Of a DNA stretch of 64,000 nt, positions 1 through 11,129 are shown piece after piece. The notes beneath the pieces are model-generated. The model was not told the DNA's origin. It saw only the letters and a program-made list of their open reading frames with translations, and did no database searches. The DNA lies in NCBI GenBank assembly GCA_963743775.1, contig CAVURA010000012.1, forward strand, positions 100,340 to 164,339, written 5' to 3'. Position 1 is the first letter of the stretch, and each line of letters begins with the position of its first letter. The position numbers and the translations under genes are program-made. This stretch comes from an uncultured Bacteroidales bacterium. Its GTDB lineage: Bacteria > Bacteroidota > Bacteroidia > Bacteroidales > VadinHA17.

Positions 1-2
1 GG

Positions 3-743
3 CTATTCCCGGCAACAGCAAATATCATCTCCGATAAAGCAGGCATAAAAAGCGCTTTCAGCTTTGACATTAACGCAGCCTGCTCAGGCTTTCTCTTTGC
101 CCTGCAGACAGCTGCCGCCTATGTGGAGACTGGCAGATACAAAAAAGTCATTGTCGTCGGTGCTGACAAAATGTCGTCCATAACGGATTATACCGACAGA
201 ACAACCTGTACCCTGTTCGGCGATGCCGGAGGCGCTGTGCTGCTCGAACCGACTGAAGAGGAGTACGGAATAATGGACCATATTTTCAAGGTTGACGGTT
301 CAGGAAGAAAATACCTGCATATGAAGGCGGGCGGATCACTCAGACCTGCATCACATGAAACAGTCAGTGCCCGTGAACACTATGTCTACCAGGAGGGTCA
401 GTCGGTGTTTAAATTTGCAGTCTCAAATATGGCTGACGTGGCGGCGGAGATCATGGAAAAAAACAATCTCAGATCCGAAGATATCGCATGGCTTGTTCCC
501 CACCAGGCAAACCTCAGAATCATTGATGCTACCGGCCGCAGAATGGGACTCTCTCCTGATAAGGTGATGATCAACATACAGAACTACGGGAACACAACCG
601 CAGCAACCATACCGCTCTGTATATGGGAGTTCGAACACAAACTGAAAAAGGGAGATAATCTTATTCTTGCTTCTTTCGGAGGCGGATTCACATGGGGAAG
701 CATCTGGCTGAAGTGGGCCTATGACCCGAAGCCTGTGGAATAA
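3..743 (+). CDS. fabH: 3-oxoacyl-ACP synthase III (5'-truncated by window edge)
   Basis: Frame open from base 3 (..DINAACSGF.. catalytic Cys), plus PHQAN, YGNT and FGGGFTWG motifs. Confidence 0.95.
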   Translation, partial: LFPATANIISDKAGIKSAFSFDINAACSGFLFALQTAAAYVETGRYKKVIVVGADKMSSITDYTDRTTCTLFGDAGGAVLLEPTEEEYGIMDHIFKVDGSGRKYLHMKAGGSLRPASHETVSAREHYVYQEGQSVFKFAVSNMADVAAEIMEKNNLRSEDIAWLVPHQANLRIIDATGRRMGLSPDKVMINIQNYGNTTAATIPLCIWEFEHKLKKGDNLILASFGGGFTWGSIWLKWAYDPKPVE

Positions 744-817
744 TAAACAGAGAAGCAGCATCCTGCCTCTGTGCCTGTTAAAAAATTCTATTTTTGTCGG
801 AGGTACACAATACTTTA

Positions 818-825
818 TATATTTG
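818..825 (+). promoter_or_regulatory. Bacteroidota -7 promoter element TATATTTG (second copy TATTTTTG at 789-796) upstream of the bactofilin/atp operon
   Basis: Matches TAnnTTTG consensus in an AT-rich intergenic gap. Confidence 0.55.
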
Positions 826-873
826 TGGGTTAATAGAGAGACGTAGTATGCTACGCTTTCCGGGGAATTAACA

Positions 874-1272
874 ATGATCACTATGGCAAAAATGAATGAG
901 ACAGATAACAGTGCAGCAGTTAACCTTATAAGTCAGGGCACCGAGATCACCGGCGACATTAAATCCGTTGGCGATATTCGAATTGACGGAACCCTGAATG
1001 GTAACATGGCAACCAAGGGCAAAGTGGTTATCGGGCCCACAGGTCGGGTGAAAGGCGAAGTCGAATGTAAAAACTCCGAGGTGTCAGGACTGATAGACGG
1101 TAAATTAACCGTGACACAACTGCTTAACCTGAAGGCTTCCTCAAAAATCAATGGTACGATCGTTACCAGCAAGCTTTCTATTGAACCCGGAGCCCTATTT
1201 ACCGGTAACTGCACAATGAAGGACGGTGACAATGGCGGACCGGCAATCAAATCAAAAGAAGGAGAAAAATAA
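874..1272 (+). CDS. Bactofilin (polymer-forming cytoskeletal protein)
   Basis: NLISQGTEITGDI..DIRIDG..G.I...KLSIEPGALFTG beta-helix pattern. Confidence 0.9.
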   Translation: MITMAKMNETDNSAAVNLISQGTEITGDIKSVGDIRIDGTLNGNMATKGKVVIGPTGRVKGEVECKNSEVSGLIDGKLTVTQLLNLKASSKINGTIVTSKLSIEPGALFTGNCTMKDGDNGGPAIKSKEGEK

Positions 1273-1474
1273 TCCGGAGGAAGGACTTACGGCTTATTCA
1301 AAGTACACCACCATCGCCATCCAGATGGTGGTGATAATAGTTATTACATCCCTGGGGGGCGTTAAGCTTGATAAGCTGGCGGGTACGAAACCGGTATTCA
1401 CGGTCATACTCTCCCTGCTCGGCGTGGCAGCAGCCATGTGGCTCATAATAAAGGAAGCTGTCAGAAACAAATAG
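1232..1474 (+). CDS. AtpZ/AtpI family small membrane protein
   Basis: Two TM helices with GVKLD motif; position at head of atp operon; ATG at 1232. Confidence 0.8.
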   Translation: MADRQSNQKKEKNNPEEGLTAYSKYTTIAIQMVVIIVITSLGGVKLDKLAGTKPVFTVILSLLGVAAAMWLIIKEAVRNK

Positions 1475-1475
1475 A

Positions 1476-1868
1476 ATGGTCACGCACAGGGCAATAAAAC
1501 ACTACATTTTACTTCTGGCCTTTGCCCTTATGATCTTCCTGCTGCTCTTCGGCCTGAACAAAATTTCACCTTCATTTTTCCCGGTTAATAATATCCTGCT
1601 GCTTACTGGCGGATTTGCTGTTATTTCAATGGCAGCCATGGTAATCTTTTTCCACGGGACGGAAGGAAACGGGGAAAAAAGAGTGTTCACCACACTGATT
1701 GCCATTGGTGTCAAAATGTTGCTGTCATTTGTTCTGGCTCTGTTGTTCATTGTGGTCTTTAAAAACAAAGAAACCGGTTCGGTAATATTGTTTTTTATCC
1801 TATATTTGGTTTTCACATTTTATATATTTCTTACTTTTTTCAGGATCGCTAATAGGAAGTCGGTTTAA
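1476..1868 (+). CDS. ATP synthase protein I-like 4-TM protein
   Basis: Four hydrophobic helices, immediately upstream of atpB. Confidence 0.6.
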   Translation: MVTHRAIKHYILLLAFALMIFLLLFGLNKISPSFFPVNNILLLTGGFAVISMAAMVIFFHGTEGNGEKRVFTTLIAIGVKMLLSFVLALLFIVVFKNKETGSVILFFILYLVFTFYIFLTFFRIANRKSV

Positions 1869-1879
1869 AGACAGATAGC

Positions 1880-2956
1880 TTGAAAATCAGGTATATATAT
1901 TCATTGATCTTTTTGTTTGGATTTATGGCCGGCACTATGCATGCCCAGGCCACCGGCGAAAAAGGAAAGCAGAATCACCCCGCCGATAAAGGAGCGGCAT
2001 TTGACGCAAGTACGTTTATCCTGGACCACGTTGCCGACTCTCATGAATGGCATCTATGGACAAAGAAAGACGGCTCTGCGGTAGCTGTTTACCTGCCGGT
2101 AATAATTTATGACAAGGGTACCGGATTTCACGCCTTCTCGTCAAGGAAGTTTGCCCACGGTCATGACTATGAGGGCTTTGTCCTGGCCCACGAAGGAAAA
2201 TATGAAGGCAGGATAGTGCGCCTCAATGCAGCAGGCCTTCCCGATGAAACGAACATTCCGCTTGATTTTTCAATTACCAAGGCCGTTTTCGGTATGATAG
2301 TGGCTGCTGTCGTACTCCTCTTGCTTATGCTTGCAACAGCAAGATCATACAGGAAAAGCGGCGTCACCGCACCCAGAGGCATTCAGGGATTTATTGAGCC
2401 GGTCATACTCTTTGTCAGGGATGATATTGCCTTGCCAAACATCGGAGAGAAAAAGTATGCCCGTTTCATGCCATACCTGCTGACTGTATTTTTCTTTATC
2501 CTCATTAATAACCTTCTCGGGCTGATCCCTATTTTCCCGTTCGGATCCAATGTAACAGGCAACATCAACGTGACCTTCGTTCTGGCGGTATTCACATTTC
2601 TGATTACGCAGTTCAGCGCCAACAAATCACACTGGAGACATGTTTTTGCAGCACCCGGCGTTCCGTTATGGCTGTTACCGATCATGATCCCGATAGAGCT
2701 TATAGGGCTTATTTCAAAGCCTTTTGCACTGATGGTACGTCTCTTTGCCAATATCACCGCAGGCCATATAATAGTGCTTAGCCTGGTATCGCTGATCTTT
2801 ATTTTCAAGTCCGTTTTTGTAGCCCCGGCATCCATCCTGTTTGTGTTGTTCATGGATTGTATCGAGCTGCTGGTGGCGTTTCTACAGGCGTACGTATTTA
2901 CACTGCTGTCATCTCTCTTCATTGGCATGGCAACGGCGGAGCAGGAACATCATTAA
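1880..2956 (+). CDS. atpB: F0F1 ATP synthase subunit a
   Basis: PFALMVRLFANITAGH and LQAYVFTLL motifs; Bacteroidota-type N-terminal extension; TTG start. Confidence 0.97.
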   Translation: MKIRYIYSLIFLFGFMAGTMHAQATGEKGKQNHPADKGAAFDASTFILDHVADSHEWHLWTKKDGSAVAVYLPVIIYDKGTGFHAFSSRKFAHGHDYEGFVLAHEGKYEGRIVRLNAAGLPDETNIPLDFSITKAVFGMIVAAVVLLLLMLATARSYRKSGVTAPRGIQGFIEPVILFVRDDIALPNIGEKKYARFMPYLLTVFFFILINNLLGLIPIFPFGSNVTGNINVTFVLAVFTFLITQFSANKSHWRHVFAAPGVPLWLLPIMIPIELIGLISKPFALMVRLFANITAGHIIVLSLVSLIFIFKSVFVAPASILFVLFMDCIELLVAFLQAYVFTLLSSLFIGMATAEQEHH

Positions 2957-2990
2957 AACTCAGAATAGTAATTCATTTTATTAAACTTAA

Positions 2991-3209
<219 letters not shown>

Positions 3210-3222
3210 GCAGAAAAGCAAA

Positions 3223-3245
3223 GCCTGCAACGGTTGGTTGCAGGC
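3223..3245 (+). other. Stem-loop in atpE-atpF spacer
   Basis: GCCTGCAAC-GGTTG-GTTGCAGGC perfect 9-bp stem without a U-tract. Confidence 0.7.
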
Positions 3246-3276
3246 CTTACTCATTAATCACAAAGAAAAACGAAAT

Positions 3277-3789
3277 ATGTTACTATCAAGCAGTCTGGCA
3301 AGCCCCGCCATCGGAACCGTTTTCTGGACCACACTGATCTTCCTCCTTCTCCTGTTTTTGCTTCAGAAGTTTGCGTGGGGACCGATCATGAAGGCCGTAA
3401 GGTCACGGGAAGACACGATCCGTAATTCTCTTGATTCTGCGGAAAAAGCCCGCGAAGAAATGAAGGTGCTCCAGGCGGATAATGAAATAATCCTTCGGAA
3501 AGCCCGCGAGGAGAGAGATAAAATTATCCGCGATGCCCGCACAGCCACTGAGAGGATGCTCACAGAAGCCAAGGAGAAGAGTCAGTCGGAGGCAGACGCG
3601 ATGGTGAAACGCGCCATGGAGCTCATTGAACGTGAAAAAAATACAGCCATCACTGAGGTTAAGCGTGAAGTGGCAGGACTGGCAATCGAGGTGGCTTCGA
3701 AAGTGGTAAGCGAAACCCTTAAGAATGATGCTGAACAGCAAAAACTGATCGGAAGATACCTGAAGGAGATCGAAACTAGCAGTAACTGA
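3277..3789 (+). CDS. atpF: F0F1 ATP synthase subunit b
   Basis: N-terminal TM with KFAWGPI, then coiled coil; probable ATG at 3277. Confidence 0.95.
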   Translation: MLLSSSLASPAIGTVFWTTLIFLLLLFLLQKFAWGPIMKAVRSREDTIRNSLDSAEKAREEMKVLQADNEIILRKAREERDKIIRDARTATERMLTEAKEKSQSEADAMVKRAMELIEREKNTAITEVKREVAGLAIEVASKVVSETLKNDAEQQKLIGRYLKEIETSSN

Positions 3790-3794
3790 ACCTG

Positions 3795-4343
3795 ATGAAT
3801 AACAGCAAGATAGCGGTAAGATATGCAAAGGCCCTTTTTGACCTTGCCGGGGAGCAGAAATCCATTGACGCTGTATATGAGGATATGAAGGTAATTGACC
3901 ATCTGTGCGTGATGCCGGAGGTGAAGGAAATTATCAGCAACCCGGTAATTCCGCAGAAAAAAAGAAACGAGATCATTGTTGCACTTGCAGGTGACGGTAT
4001 AAAGAAGCTGACTGTAAAATTTATTGAACTTATGTTCAGCCACGGCCGCGGTGATTATCTTGGAGCAGCGGCAAGAAACTATCTTGACCTCACCCGCCGT
4101 CACAGGGGAATACGACAGGTTACAATCACCACCGCCGTACCTGTAAGCGGTAAAATCAAAGAGGAACTGGGGGCAGTGGTCACCGGGGTAAGCAATGGCA
4201 CCGTCGAGTTCATTGAACAGGTTGATAGCTCTGTCATGGGTGGTTTCATCATCAGGGTCGACGATGCTTATATTGACGCAAGCGTCAGGACCAGGCTGAA
4301 CAGATTCAGAAAGGAATTTTCACTGGCAGGATATGCCGAATGA
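3795..4343 (+). CDS. atpH: F0F1 ATP synthase subunit delta
   Basis: RYAKALF and MGGFIIRVDD..DASV motifs. Confidence 0.95.
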   Translation: MNNSKIAVRYAKALFDLAGEQKSIDAVYEDMKVIDHLCVMPEVKEIISNPVIPQKKRNEIIVALAGDGIKKLTVKFIELMFSHGRGDYLGAAARNYLDLTRRHRGIRQVTITTAVPVSGKIKEELGAVVTGVSNGTVEFIEQVDSSVMGGFIIRVDDAYIDASVRTRLNRFRKEFSLAGYAE

Positions 4344-4364
4344 TTGTAAATAAGATTTAATGAT

Positions 4365-5948
4365 ATGACTAATATTAAACCTTCAGAGGTATCAAAGATT
4401 TTAAAGCAACAGCTTGAGGGTGTTACTACTGCCATCGATGTCGAGGAAGTGGGAACGGTACTGCAGGTCGGAGACGGGATCGCACATATTTACGGCCTCA
4501 GAAACGTTGGGTCGAACGAGCTGATCGAATTCGTCGAAACCGGTATCAAGGCCATCGTCCTCAACCTCGAGGAAGACAATGTCGGAGTCGTTATCCTCGG
4601 AGAGTCAGACAAGATCAAAGAAGGCGACATAGCCCGCAGGACAGGCCACATCTCTTCCATAATGGTGGGTGAGGGGCTGATGGGCAGAGTCATTAACACC
4701 CTCGGTGTACCCCTAGACGGCAAGGGTCCAGTGACAGGAGAATTGTATGAAATGCCACTGGAAAGAAAAGCCCCTGGAGTGATATTCAGGCAACCGGTGA
4801 AGCTCCCCGTACAGACAGGCCTGAAGGCGATAGATGCCATGATACCGATAGGAAGAGGTCAGAGAGAGCTGATTATTGGCGACCGTCAGACGGGCAAGAC
4901 TGCAATAGCTATTGACACGATCATTAACCAGAGAGAAGATTTCGAGAAGGGAAACCCGCTCTATTGCATTTATGTGGCCATTGGCCAAAAGGGGTCAACG
5001 GTGGCAAACATTGCAGCCACACTCGAGACTTACGGGGCAATGGATTATACGGTCATTGTATGCGCCACTGCGGCGGATCCTGCCGCCTCGCAGTTCTTTG
5101 CTCCATTCGCCGGCGCCGCCATCGGCGAATTCTTCCGTGATACCGGCCGTCATGCCCTGATCATCTATGATGACCTCTCAAAACAGGCTGTTTCTTACCG
5201 CGAAGTATCACTGCTGCTGCGCCGTCCGCCAGGCCGCGAAGCCTATCCCGGCGACGTCTTCTATCTGCACTCACGCCTCCTTGAGAGGGCTGCAAAGATC
5301 ATTGAATCAGATGAAGTGGCCCGGGCAATGAACGACATACCGGAATCAATCCGTCACCTGGTAAAGGGTGGCGGCTCCCTGACAGCACTGCCCATAATTG
5401 AGACACAGGCAGGTGACGTGGCAGCCTATATTCCCACAAACGTGATCTCGATCACTGACGGACAGATATTCCTTGAGTCAAGCCTTTTCAATGCAGGTAT
5501 AAGACCGGCTATCAACGTTGGTATATCGGTATCAAGGGTGGGTGGTAACGCTCAGATCAAGTCAATGAAAAAGATAGCTGGCACCCTGAAGGTTGACCAG
5601 GCACAGTACCGTGAACTTGAGGCCTTTTCAAAGTTCGGCTCTGACCTCGATGCATCTACTCTCGCTGTTCTTGACAAGGGCGCAAAGAACGTGGAGATAC
5701 TGAAACAGAACCAGTATTCACCGGTGAAGGTTGAGGAACAGGTTGCGATAATCTACTGCGGAACAAATGCACTTCTTAAGGATATTCCGGTACAAAAGGT
5801 AAGGGCTTTTGAAAAGGACTTTATCGATTTCCTGCGTGATCATCACAGTGATACGCTCGAAACATTAAAGCAGGGGGTTATCAATGATGATGTTATCAGT
5901 GTGCTAAACAGTGCAGCTGCAGATGTGGCAAACCGTTTTAAGTCGTGA
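4365..5948 (+). CDS. atpA: F0F1 ATP synthase subunit alpha
   Basis: [29 protein letters not shown]. Confidence 0.99.
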   Translation: MTNIKPSEVSKILKQQLEGVTTAIDVEEVGTVLQVGDGIAHIYGLRNVGSNELIEFVETGIKAIVLNLEEDNVGVVILGESDKIKEGDIARRTGHISSIMVGEGLMGRVINTLGVPLDGKGPVTGELYEMPLERKAPGVIFRQPVKLPVQTGLKAIDAMIPIGRGQRELIIGDRQTGKTAIAIDTIINQREDFEKGNPLYCIYVAIGQKGSTVANIAATLETYGAMDYTVIVCATAADPAASQFFAPFAGAAIGEFFRDTGRHALIIYDDLSKQAVSYREVSLLLRRPPGREAYPGDVFYLHSRLLERAAKIIESDEVARAMNDIPESIRHLVKGGGSLTALPIIETQAGDVAAYIPTNVISITDGQIFLESSLFNAGIRPAINVGISVSRVGGNAQIKSMKKIAGTLKVDQAQYRELEAFSKFGSDLDASTLAVLDKGAKNVEILKQNQYSPVKVEEQVAIIYCGTNALLKDIPVQKVRAFEKDFIDFLRDHHSDTLETLKQGVINDDVISVLNSAAADVANRFKS

Positions 5949-5972
5949 TAAGCTGAAAATCAGTAAAGGAAG

Positions 5973-6860
5973 ATGGCTAATCTCAAGGCAATAAGGGTCA
6001 GACTCAGTTCGGTGAAATCTACGCGCCAGATCACTTCGGCGATGAAGATGGTGGCGGCAGCCAAACTGCGTAAGGCACAGGACGCCATTGTTCAGTTAAG
6101 GCCTTATGCGGATAAGCTTAATGAGATACTGATCGGTCTCAATACAGCCCTCCGTGATACAGAAACTGAGAACCTTTTTGCTGAAAGAAAAAACGGCCGC
6201 GGACGGGTACTGCTTGTAGTGGTTACCTCAAACAAGGGCCTCTGCGGCGGGTTCAACGCCAATGTAATCAGAGACACCAGACGCCTTATACAGGAAAGGT
6301 ACAGCGAAGAGTTTCGCAGGGGAGACCTCTGGTTCATGCCTGTCGGTAAGAAGGGATACGATGCTGTAAAAAAGCTGAAATGCAACATTCTCGAGGAACA
6401 TAATGACCTGTATCTGGGCCTAACATTCGACAAGACCAAAATGATAGCCGACAGACTGATGAACCTCTGGCTGACAAAAGAATACGACAAAATAGAGATT
6501 ATCTACAACCAGTTCAGAAATGCCGCTGTGCAGAAGCTCACTGAAGAGGTTTATCTGCCTGTATCGACTGCTCCCGCCGGCAAAGCAGGCTCGGTGCTGA
6601 CAGATTATATTTATGAACCTGACCAGGTGAATATTGTCAGCGAACTGATACCAAAAACACTGCGCATTCAGTTTTACAGGGCCCTGCTTGATTCATTTGC
6701 TGCGGAGCATGGCGCACGCATGACAGCAATGCATCAGGCAACGGATAACGCTACTGAGCTTATCAGGGATCTCACCCTGCAGTATAACAATGCCAGACAG
6801 GCTTCGATCACCAACCAGCTGCTGGAAGTAGTCAGCGGTGCAGAAGCGCTTAAAGGATAA
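5973..6860 (+). CDS. atpG: F0F1 ATP synthase subunit gamma
   Basis: ITSAMKMVAAAK, GLCGGFN, ARQASIT. Confidence 0.98.
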   Translation: MANLKAIRVRLSSVKSTRQITSAMKMVAAAKLRKAQDAIVQLRPYADKLNEILIGLNTALRDTETENLFAERKNGRGRVLLVVVTSNKGLCGGFNANVIRDTRRLIQERYSEEFRRGDLWFMPVGKKGYDAVKKLKCNILEEHNDLYLGLTFDKTKMIADRLMNLWLTKEYDKIEIIYNQFRNAAVQKLTEEVYLPVSTAPAGKAGSVLTDYIYEPDQVNIVSELIPKTLRIQFYRALLDSFAAEHGARMTAMHQATDNATELIRDLTLQYNNARQASITNQLLEVVSGAEALKG

Positions 6861-6871
6861 CAAATAAAGAA

Positions 6872-7846
6872 ATGTTCAACAGCGAATACCTCAGGGAACT
6901 TTCAGACAAGGCTATCACCAACCTGGGCTTCACGCCCGAAGCTGAGAAGCTATTTGCCCCTGTGAGGTATATAATGGCACTGGGCGGCAAGAGAGTAAGA
7001 CCGGTCATGTGTCTTCTGGCCTGCAATCTTTTCAAGGACAAGATAGATGAGGCAGTGATGCCGGCTGTTGGTATCGAGGTGTTTCACAATTTTACCCTGA
7101 TTCATGATGATATTATTGACAAGGCCGGCATGAGAAGGGGTTCTTCCACGGTGCACTCAAAGTTTGGCACAGAGCAGGCTATTCTGTCAGGTGATGTGAT
7201 GGCTTTTGTGGCAACGGAATGCATCGGCCAGGCGCCGGAGAAAGTGCTGGCAAAGACATTAAAGCTCTTTAACCGTACAGCCATAGAGGTATGTACCGGA
7301 CAGCAGCTTGACATCGACTATGAGAAGAAGGCGCTGGTCTCCGAGGCCGAGTACATGAGAATGATAGAACTTAAGACAGCTGTCCTGGTGGCAGCTTCAC
7401 TTAAGACCGGAGCAATCATAGGCGAGGCTTCAGAGAAAGACCAGGAGCTTCTTTATGAATTCGGACGCTGCCTGGGTATAGCTTTCCAGATACAGGATGA
7501 CGTGCTCGATACTTACGGCGACGCAAAGATGTTTGGCAAAAAAACAGGCAGCGACATCGTCACCAACAAAAAGACGTACCTCCTGGTAAAAGCTCTTGAG
7601 ATGGCTGGCGGCGGAAAACTTCGCGACCTCAGAAAACTGATTGAAGACAAGAACCCTGACCCTGAGGAGAAAATACGGGGTGTGAGAGCCATTTATGACG
7701 ACCTCGAGATACAGCTCCAGGCTGAGAATCTTGCGTATGAATATTTTAACAAGGCTTTCGGTTTTCTTGATCAGGTATCAGTGCAGGCTGAACGCAAGAA
7801 GGAGATTAAACAACTGGCAGTGAACCTGATCGGAAGAATTAGATGA
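6872..7846 (+). CDS. Polyprenyl diphosphate synthase (IspA/GGPPS family)
   Basis: GGKRVRP, first Asp-rich motif HDDIID..RRG, second motif FQIQDDVLD. Confidence 0.92.
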   Translation: MFNSEYLRELSDKAITNLGFTPEAEKLFAPVRYIMALGGKRVRPVMCLLACNLFKDKIDEAVMPAVGIEVFHNFTLIHDDIIDKAGMRRGSSTVHSKFGTEQAILSGDVMAFVATECIGQAPEKVLAKTLKLFNRTAIEVCTGQQLDIDYEKKALVSEAEYMRMIELKTAVLVAASLKTGAIIGEASEKDQELLYEFGRCLGIAFQIQDDVLDTYGDAKMFGKKTGSDIVTNKKTYLLVKALEMAGGGKLRDLRKLIEDKNPDPEEKIRGVRAIYDDLEIQLQAENLAYEYFNKAFGFLDQVSVQAERKKEIKQLAVNLIGRIR

Positions 7847-7893
7847 ACAGATTCACGGAATTAAATATTAAGAAGACACTGAAATATATTTAA

Positions 7894-9411
<1,518 letters not shown>

Positions 9412-9429
9412 TGCCAAACGTGAGCAGAC

Positions 9430-9687
9430 GTGAAAATTGAAATTATCACACCGGGCAGTAAAATATATTCCGGAGATATAATATCAGTCAGAGTACCTGG
9501 GAAAAAGGGATCTTTCCAGGTACTGAAGGATCATGCCCCTATCATTTCAACCCTCGATCACGGGCCTGTAATCATCGAAGACGAAAAGGGACTGGTCATC
9601 AGATACGAAATTACCGGCGGTGTCATTGAGGTGAAAAAGAACAGGATCATCCTTCTCGCCGATTCGGTCTCAGAAAGCCGAAGCTGA
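9430..9687 (+). CDS. atpC: F0F1 ATP synthase subunit epsilon (short, no C-terminal helices)
   Basis: IITP..PG..G.FQVLKDHAPIIS motif. Confidence 0.93.
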   Translation: MKIEIITPGSKIYSGDIISVRVPGKKGSFQVLKDHAPIISTLDHGPVIIEDEKGLVIRYEITGGVIEVKKNRIILLADSVSESRS

Positions 9688-11129
9688 TGGACAGCAATGA
9701 GTTCCGGAAATACGGCCACGAGATTGTCGAATGGATCGCCCGGTACTATGAGAATATTGAACAGTACCCGGTTAAATCGAAGTCAACTCCGGGGTCTGTT
9801 AAGGCAGCACTTCCGCCGATACCTCCCACGGGCAGCGAATCCTTCGATCTCTTTCTGAAAGACTTTGATGAGATAATCATGCCAGGCATAACGCACTGGC
9901 AGAGCCCTAATTTCTTTGCATATTTCCCCGCAAATTCAAGTCCTCCGTCTGTACTTGCCGAGATGCTTACTGCAGCTCTTGGCGCGCAGTGCATGATATG
10001 GGAGACATCACCCGCCGCTGCTGAGCTCGAGGAGCGTATGATGGATTGGCTTCGCGAAATGACGGGGCTGCCGTTATATTTCGAAGGGGTGATACAGGAC
10101 AGCGCTTCCTCTGCCACACTCGCAGCCATCATTACTGCCAGGGAGAAGGTGACGGGGAACGCTTCAAACAAAGAAGGACTGTATACCGCCGGCAGATTGC
10201 GCGTCTATTGTTCAGCTCAGGCTCACTCATCTGTTGATAAAGGTGCAGGGGTAGCGGGCATCGGCAGGGAGAACATTGTAAGAGTGCCGGTGAAGAATGA
10301 TTATTCAATTGATACTGATGCCCTTAGAAAAGCCATTGACCAGGATCTGTCAGCAGGATATATACCCTGTTGCGTGGTGGCAACGCTGGGTACAACAGGT
10401 ACGACTGCCATTGACTCTCTGCGCTCTGTTGGCGAAATATGCCGGGAAAAGAATATCTGGCTGCATGTCGACGCCGCCATCGGCGGCACTGCCCTGCTGC
10501 TGCCAGAGATGCGGTGGATGGCCGATGGCATGGAGTACGTTGACTCCCTGGTATTCAACCCGCACAAATGGATGTTCACCAACTTTGACTGCTCGGCTTA
10601 TTTTGTCCGTGATGCTGCCTCACTGATACGCACCTTTGAAATACTCCCCGAGTATTTGAAAACCCGCACAAGAGGGCTGGTCAATGACTACCGCGATTGG
10701 GGAATACCGCTCGGCAGGCGCTTCAGGGCACTTAAGCTGTGGGCTGTCATACGCACATACGGCGTTGAACGGCTGCAGGCAATGATCAGGGAACATATCA
10801 GGCTGGCAAAGATGCTGGCAGGCCTGATAGAGGCTGAAAAGAATTTCACGGTGTTGGCACCGGTGAAGCTTAATACCGTATGCTTTTATTTCCAGCCCGA
10901 AGGGATGAGCCTTGAGAAGGCTAACAGGCTGAATGAAAAGATCAATCACACACTTAACGACACCGGCACGATTTATCTTACTCACACAACCGTTGGCGGA
11001 CGGTATGTGCTGCGTATGGTCACCGCTCAAACCACCGTGGAGGAACGGCATGTGCTGAATGCCTGGGATATGATAAAGGAGTGTGCTTCAGCGCTTTCTG
11101 CCGAGCGTAGTGCCATAGACGTTGACTGA
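9687..11129 (+). CDS. PLP-dependent aromatic-L-amino-acid decarboxylase (group II, DDC-like)
   Basis: MPGITHWQSPNFFAYFP, WLHVDAA, FNPHKW (PLP Lys), LGRRFRALKLW. Confidence 0.9.
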   Translation: MDSNEFRKYGHEIVEWIARYYENIEQYPVKSKSTPGSVKAALPPIPPTGSESFDLFLKDFDEIIMPGITHWQSPNFFAYFPANSSPPSVLAEMLTAALGAQCMIWETSPAAAELEERMMDWLREMTGLPLYFEGVIQDSASSATLAAIITAREKVTGNASNKEGLYTAGRLRVYCSAQAHSSVDKGAGVAGIGRENIVRVPVKNDYSIDTDALRKAIDQDLSAGYIPCCVVATLGTTGTTAIDSLRSVGEICREKNIWLHVDAAIGGTALLLPEMRWMADGMEYVDSLVFNPHKWMFTNFDCSAYFVRDAASLIRTFEILPEYLKTRTRGLVNDYRDWGIPLGRRFRALKLWAVIRTYGVERLQAMIREHIRLAKMLAGLIEAEKNFTVLAPVKLNTVCFYFQPEGMSLEKANRLNEKINHTLNDTGTIYLTHTTVGGRYVLRMVTAQTTVEERHVLNAWDMIKECASALSAERSAIDVD

